Source: Psammoneis japonica (lineage: Eukaryota). From it: a stretch of DNA of 64,000 bases. The position numbers were made by a program, and so were the translations under genes. Positions 61,190-64,000 of this stretch are shown here, in pieces; position 1 is the first letter of the stretch; each line of letters begins with the position of its first letter. A model generated the notes under the pieces. The model was not told the DNA's origin and did not search any database. It saw only the letters and a list, made by a program, of their open reading frames with translations. Location of the stretch: assembly GCA_008632985.1 (NCBI GenBank), contig QPGO01000079.1, positions 186,001 to 250,000 of the forward strand, read 5' to 3'.

Positions 61190-62679
61190 TTATTCAGCCA
61201 ACGCCTCCTTGACTGTGGTCTCGATTTCCGACACGCCCCTGCGCAGAGCCTCCTCATTGATGGTTGTCAATGTCCCATCATAATAGAGGACCTTGCCAGC
61301 TACAATCGTGGCAAAGACATTGTTTCCATTGGCAGAATAAACAACTGCCGAGTACGGATCGTACGCCGGAAGTAAACTCCACGACGAGTCACGCTTGATG
61401 ATAATCAAGTCGGCCATTTTGCCCACTTCCATAGATCCAATCTCATCTTGCTTTCCAATAGCTCTGGCACCAGCCATGGTAGCGGCATACACAGCTTCTT
61501 CTGCTGGAAGCAAGGTAGGTGACAGATTGACTCCCTTGTGAAGGAGACTGGCAAACTTGACTTCTTCAATCATGTCGAGATCATTATTGGAAGCTGGTCC
61601 GTCTGTTCCAATGGCTATATTGACACCACCGCTCTGCAGTGCCTCCAGACGAAGAATTCCACTGGCCAACTTGGTATCGCTGTTGGGCAGATGCGACACG
61701 TGACTGCCGGCTTCTGCAATAAGCGCAATGTCACTGTCCGAGAGCCAAATAGAATGCGCCAGTATAGTTTTGGGTGTAAGCAAGCCATTGGCATTCACGT
61801 ATTCGGTTGGGCTCTGTCCATATGTTTCTTGGATAGTATCGTTTTCAGCAGGAGATTCGGCCAGGTGCGTTCCAAGGACTCCTCCATACTGATCCACCAA
61901 GGCACGTGCATTCTGATAGATCCATGGGTCTGTCGTGTAGGGTGCATGAGGAAAGACGCAAGGAGTGACCAAGTCATGATTCTGCCAGTTCTGTAGGAAT
62001 CCTCGGCGTAAGCCAAGGTTTCGTCGGGAGTAGCAAAGTCGGGTTGTGGAAAGTTAATGACCGATTCACACAGCACCGCACGCATACCAGTCTGCTCCAC
62101 CAACTTGGCCATGTCATCTTCGAAAAAGTACACATCGACAAAGGTCGTAGTGCCCGTTTGAAGCATCTCTGCCATGCCAAGAGTAAAAGCTGTATCGCAA
62201 AACTCCTTTGTGACGAGCCGACCCTCGAGCGGAAAGATGACAGACGTGAGCCATTCCCAGACTTCCAGATCATTAGCCACATCACCCAGAGCTGTCATGC
62301 AAACATGATTATGGGTATTGATAAGTCCCGGCATGACAATGTCTCCATCGTCCAACTGGAGGGTAAAATCAACATCAGGGTAGGCTTCTAGCATGTCTTT
62401 GGTCGCTCCGATATCCGCAATACGTCCAAGAGTATCAATGTACAGGGCTGTATTGGTAAGGACGTCCATGTTGTCGTTGACTGTAATAAATGTGCCTCCC
62501 ACAATCATCATGTCTTGAATGCTGGTTAAGTAAATCTCTTCTTCCTTGTTGTTGCCGTCCTTGTTGCATGTCAGTCCTACCGACAATCCAACGGCAAGAC
62601 CCACAACAATCACCACGGCAGCCAACAACACGAAGAGTTTCCAAAATAAGTGCTTCTCTTGTTCTCTGGTGAGGTTCAT
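61190..62679 (-). CDS. Amidohydrolase (MtaD/AtzA-like, MTA/SAH deaminase family) with N-terminal TM anchor; 1-nt frameshift near 62000
   Basis: MPGLINTHNH, PHAPYT, HLAES, AHSIWL, GTDGPASNNDLDM and GKMADLI. Confidence 0.8.
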
Positions 62680-63129
62680 TGATGATTAACTATTGTTCGA
62701 TCGTGTGCATATTTTTATGAGCAACTAGAGAGTCGTACGAATGAAAATGTTCGAAACGAGAAGCCAAGAAGCAATCGTGAGCGAGCGATGAATCCCCTCT
62801 CTAGCGATTCCGTTTATTTCACATTTTGCGACTTGCTGCATGGCAGTTCCTTTGAAATCTCTAATACTATCAGATAGAAATAGACATATATCAGCCAGAA
62901 TCAAGCAGAGCCAAGCAGCAAAGCAATACGATATCTTGGCTTTGTCTTTCTTGTCTCCTCAAGAGCTCAAGACTCAAGATTGACGGGCTGACGGGGGTGC
63001 GCGCGTCTCTCACAAAAAACATGATGGCAGCGGCGCGCCCTCCGCGCATGTCTCGGCTCCAGTTGACGCAGTTTTCTTTCTTTTCTCAACCGAGGCCATT
63101 TTTTTGTTTGACAAGGAACCCTTGTGAGG

Positions 63130-63800
63130 GCAGGATGGCAGCATGCAAAACAGATGGCACAAAAAATGCCACCAGCAAGAGCAAGCTGGAAAGATCTGAT
63201 CAACCAGGGTGTTGGCGAGAAAGCTTTTCAAGCTGAGGTTCTCAAATCTCTGCAGAGGTGACAAGGGCGGCTGCGGGAGAAATCCTGAAAGAGCGAGACT
63301 GTCCCAGCAAGACAATTGTTGGATTTGTCACTGAGACAGCTGTTGTGAAAGATGGGCTGCATCTGCTGGTGCTGGCTCAGATTGCAGCTGGAGGTGCAGC
63401 ACACTTGTTCCCAAGCTGGTTTTCATGCCGTTGACTCTCTTGCTGAAGAACAGCAATGTCCTCAAATGTGGTGTGGGCACACACCAGAACATGGTGGAGC
63501 CACAAGAGAAGTCAAGACATGTGCACCTTGGGAATTCGTGGATGTTGCTGACATTGCAACCTGTCAACTCAACATCAAGCTGCAAAGTTTGCAGGGCTTT
63601 GTTGGCATGCACTGTTGAACAGACAGCTGTCTCATGGCTTTCAAAGGAACAAATGGCATTGGGAGAAGAAAAACACAGCCCAGAGGCCAAGCCAGGGGAA
63701 AGTTTGCCATGACGTGGCAACCAGTGCCTGGGCAGGGCGGGAAGTGCACACACCAAGGCAAGCAACAAACATTGTGGCACAGATTGATGACAAGGAGGAC
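63130..63800 (+). pseudogene. Degenerate WRN/EXD2-like 3'-5' exonuclease in a TpA-free block
   Basis: KTIVGFVTET (ExoI VGFDTE), LAQIA...AHLF, LLKNSNVLKCGVG and VCHDVATSAWAG (YAA.DAW-like), in broken frames. Confidence 0.5.
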
Positions 63801-64000
63801 TCTCACCAGAGAGTGCAAAGCCATTGGAGAATCATGGAAGCAACAACACAGAAAACAAAGACAATGGGTGGGACACAAGCAAGGCTGTGACAGTGCCACT
63901 TGCCCAGCAGGGCAAGAGTCGACAAAGTCAGAATGCCGCGTGCTGAGGGCAAAGCGAAACGAGGCAGACAGGCGTGACAAGAATGACGCTTCACAGGATG

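Noticed and set aside
61190..62679. Amidohydrolase as the enzyme causing A->G changes in DNA
   Set aside because: This family acts on free bases and nucleosides, and the protein has a membrane anchor; proximity alone is not evidence.

Overview
Eukaryotic genomic DNA, very probably from a pennate diatom (short GT-AG introns, DUF6824 'DVLxGRGG' protein, diatom-type Ty1/copia remnants). It alternates between two sharply bounded kinds of sequence. (1) Ordinary gene-dense DNA (~1600-32260, ~51400-58130, ~60900-62935) carries about 20 genes: PqiA-like and EamA membrane proteins, ZNF593/Bud20, a UPF1-like helicase, two head-to-head bZIPs, PIG-P, an ankyrin+UvrD helicase, an esterase, a WD40 protein, TOP3A and an amidohydrolase. 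(2) Four blocks (1-~1555, ~32262-~51340, ~58140-~60895, ~62935-64000) of transposon remnants and dead gene copies have lost almost all TpA dinucleotides and many CpGs. Three internal controls point to directional TpA->TpG/CpA (A:T->G:C) change: a duplicated gene, Tyr->Cys swaps in conserved GH53 motifs, and a piggyBac-like TTAA target site read as TCAA/TTGA. This is the reverse of fungal RIP and is a candidate undescribed repeat-targeted hypermutation (or base-modification) system. A second candidate novelty is an IRE1/HAC1-like non-spliceosomal intron in a bZIP gene. Several single-base frameshifts in conserved genes suggest residual long-read errors, so a sequencing artefact must be excluded. 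All counts and alignments were done by eye.
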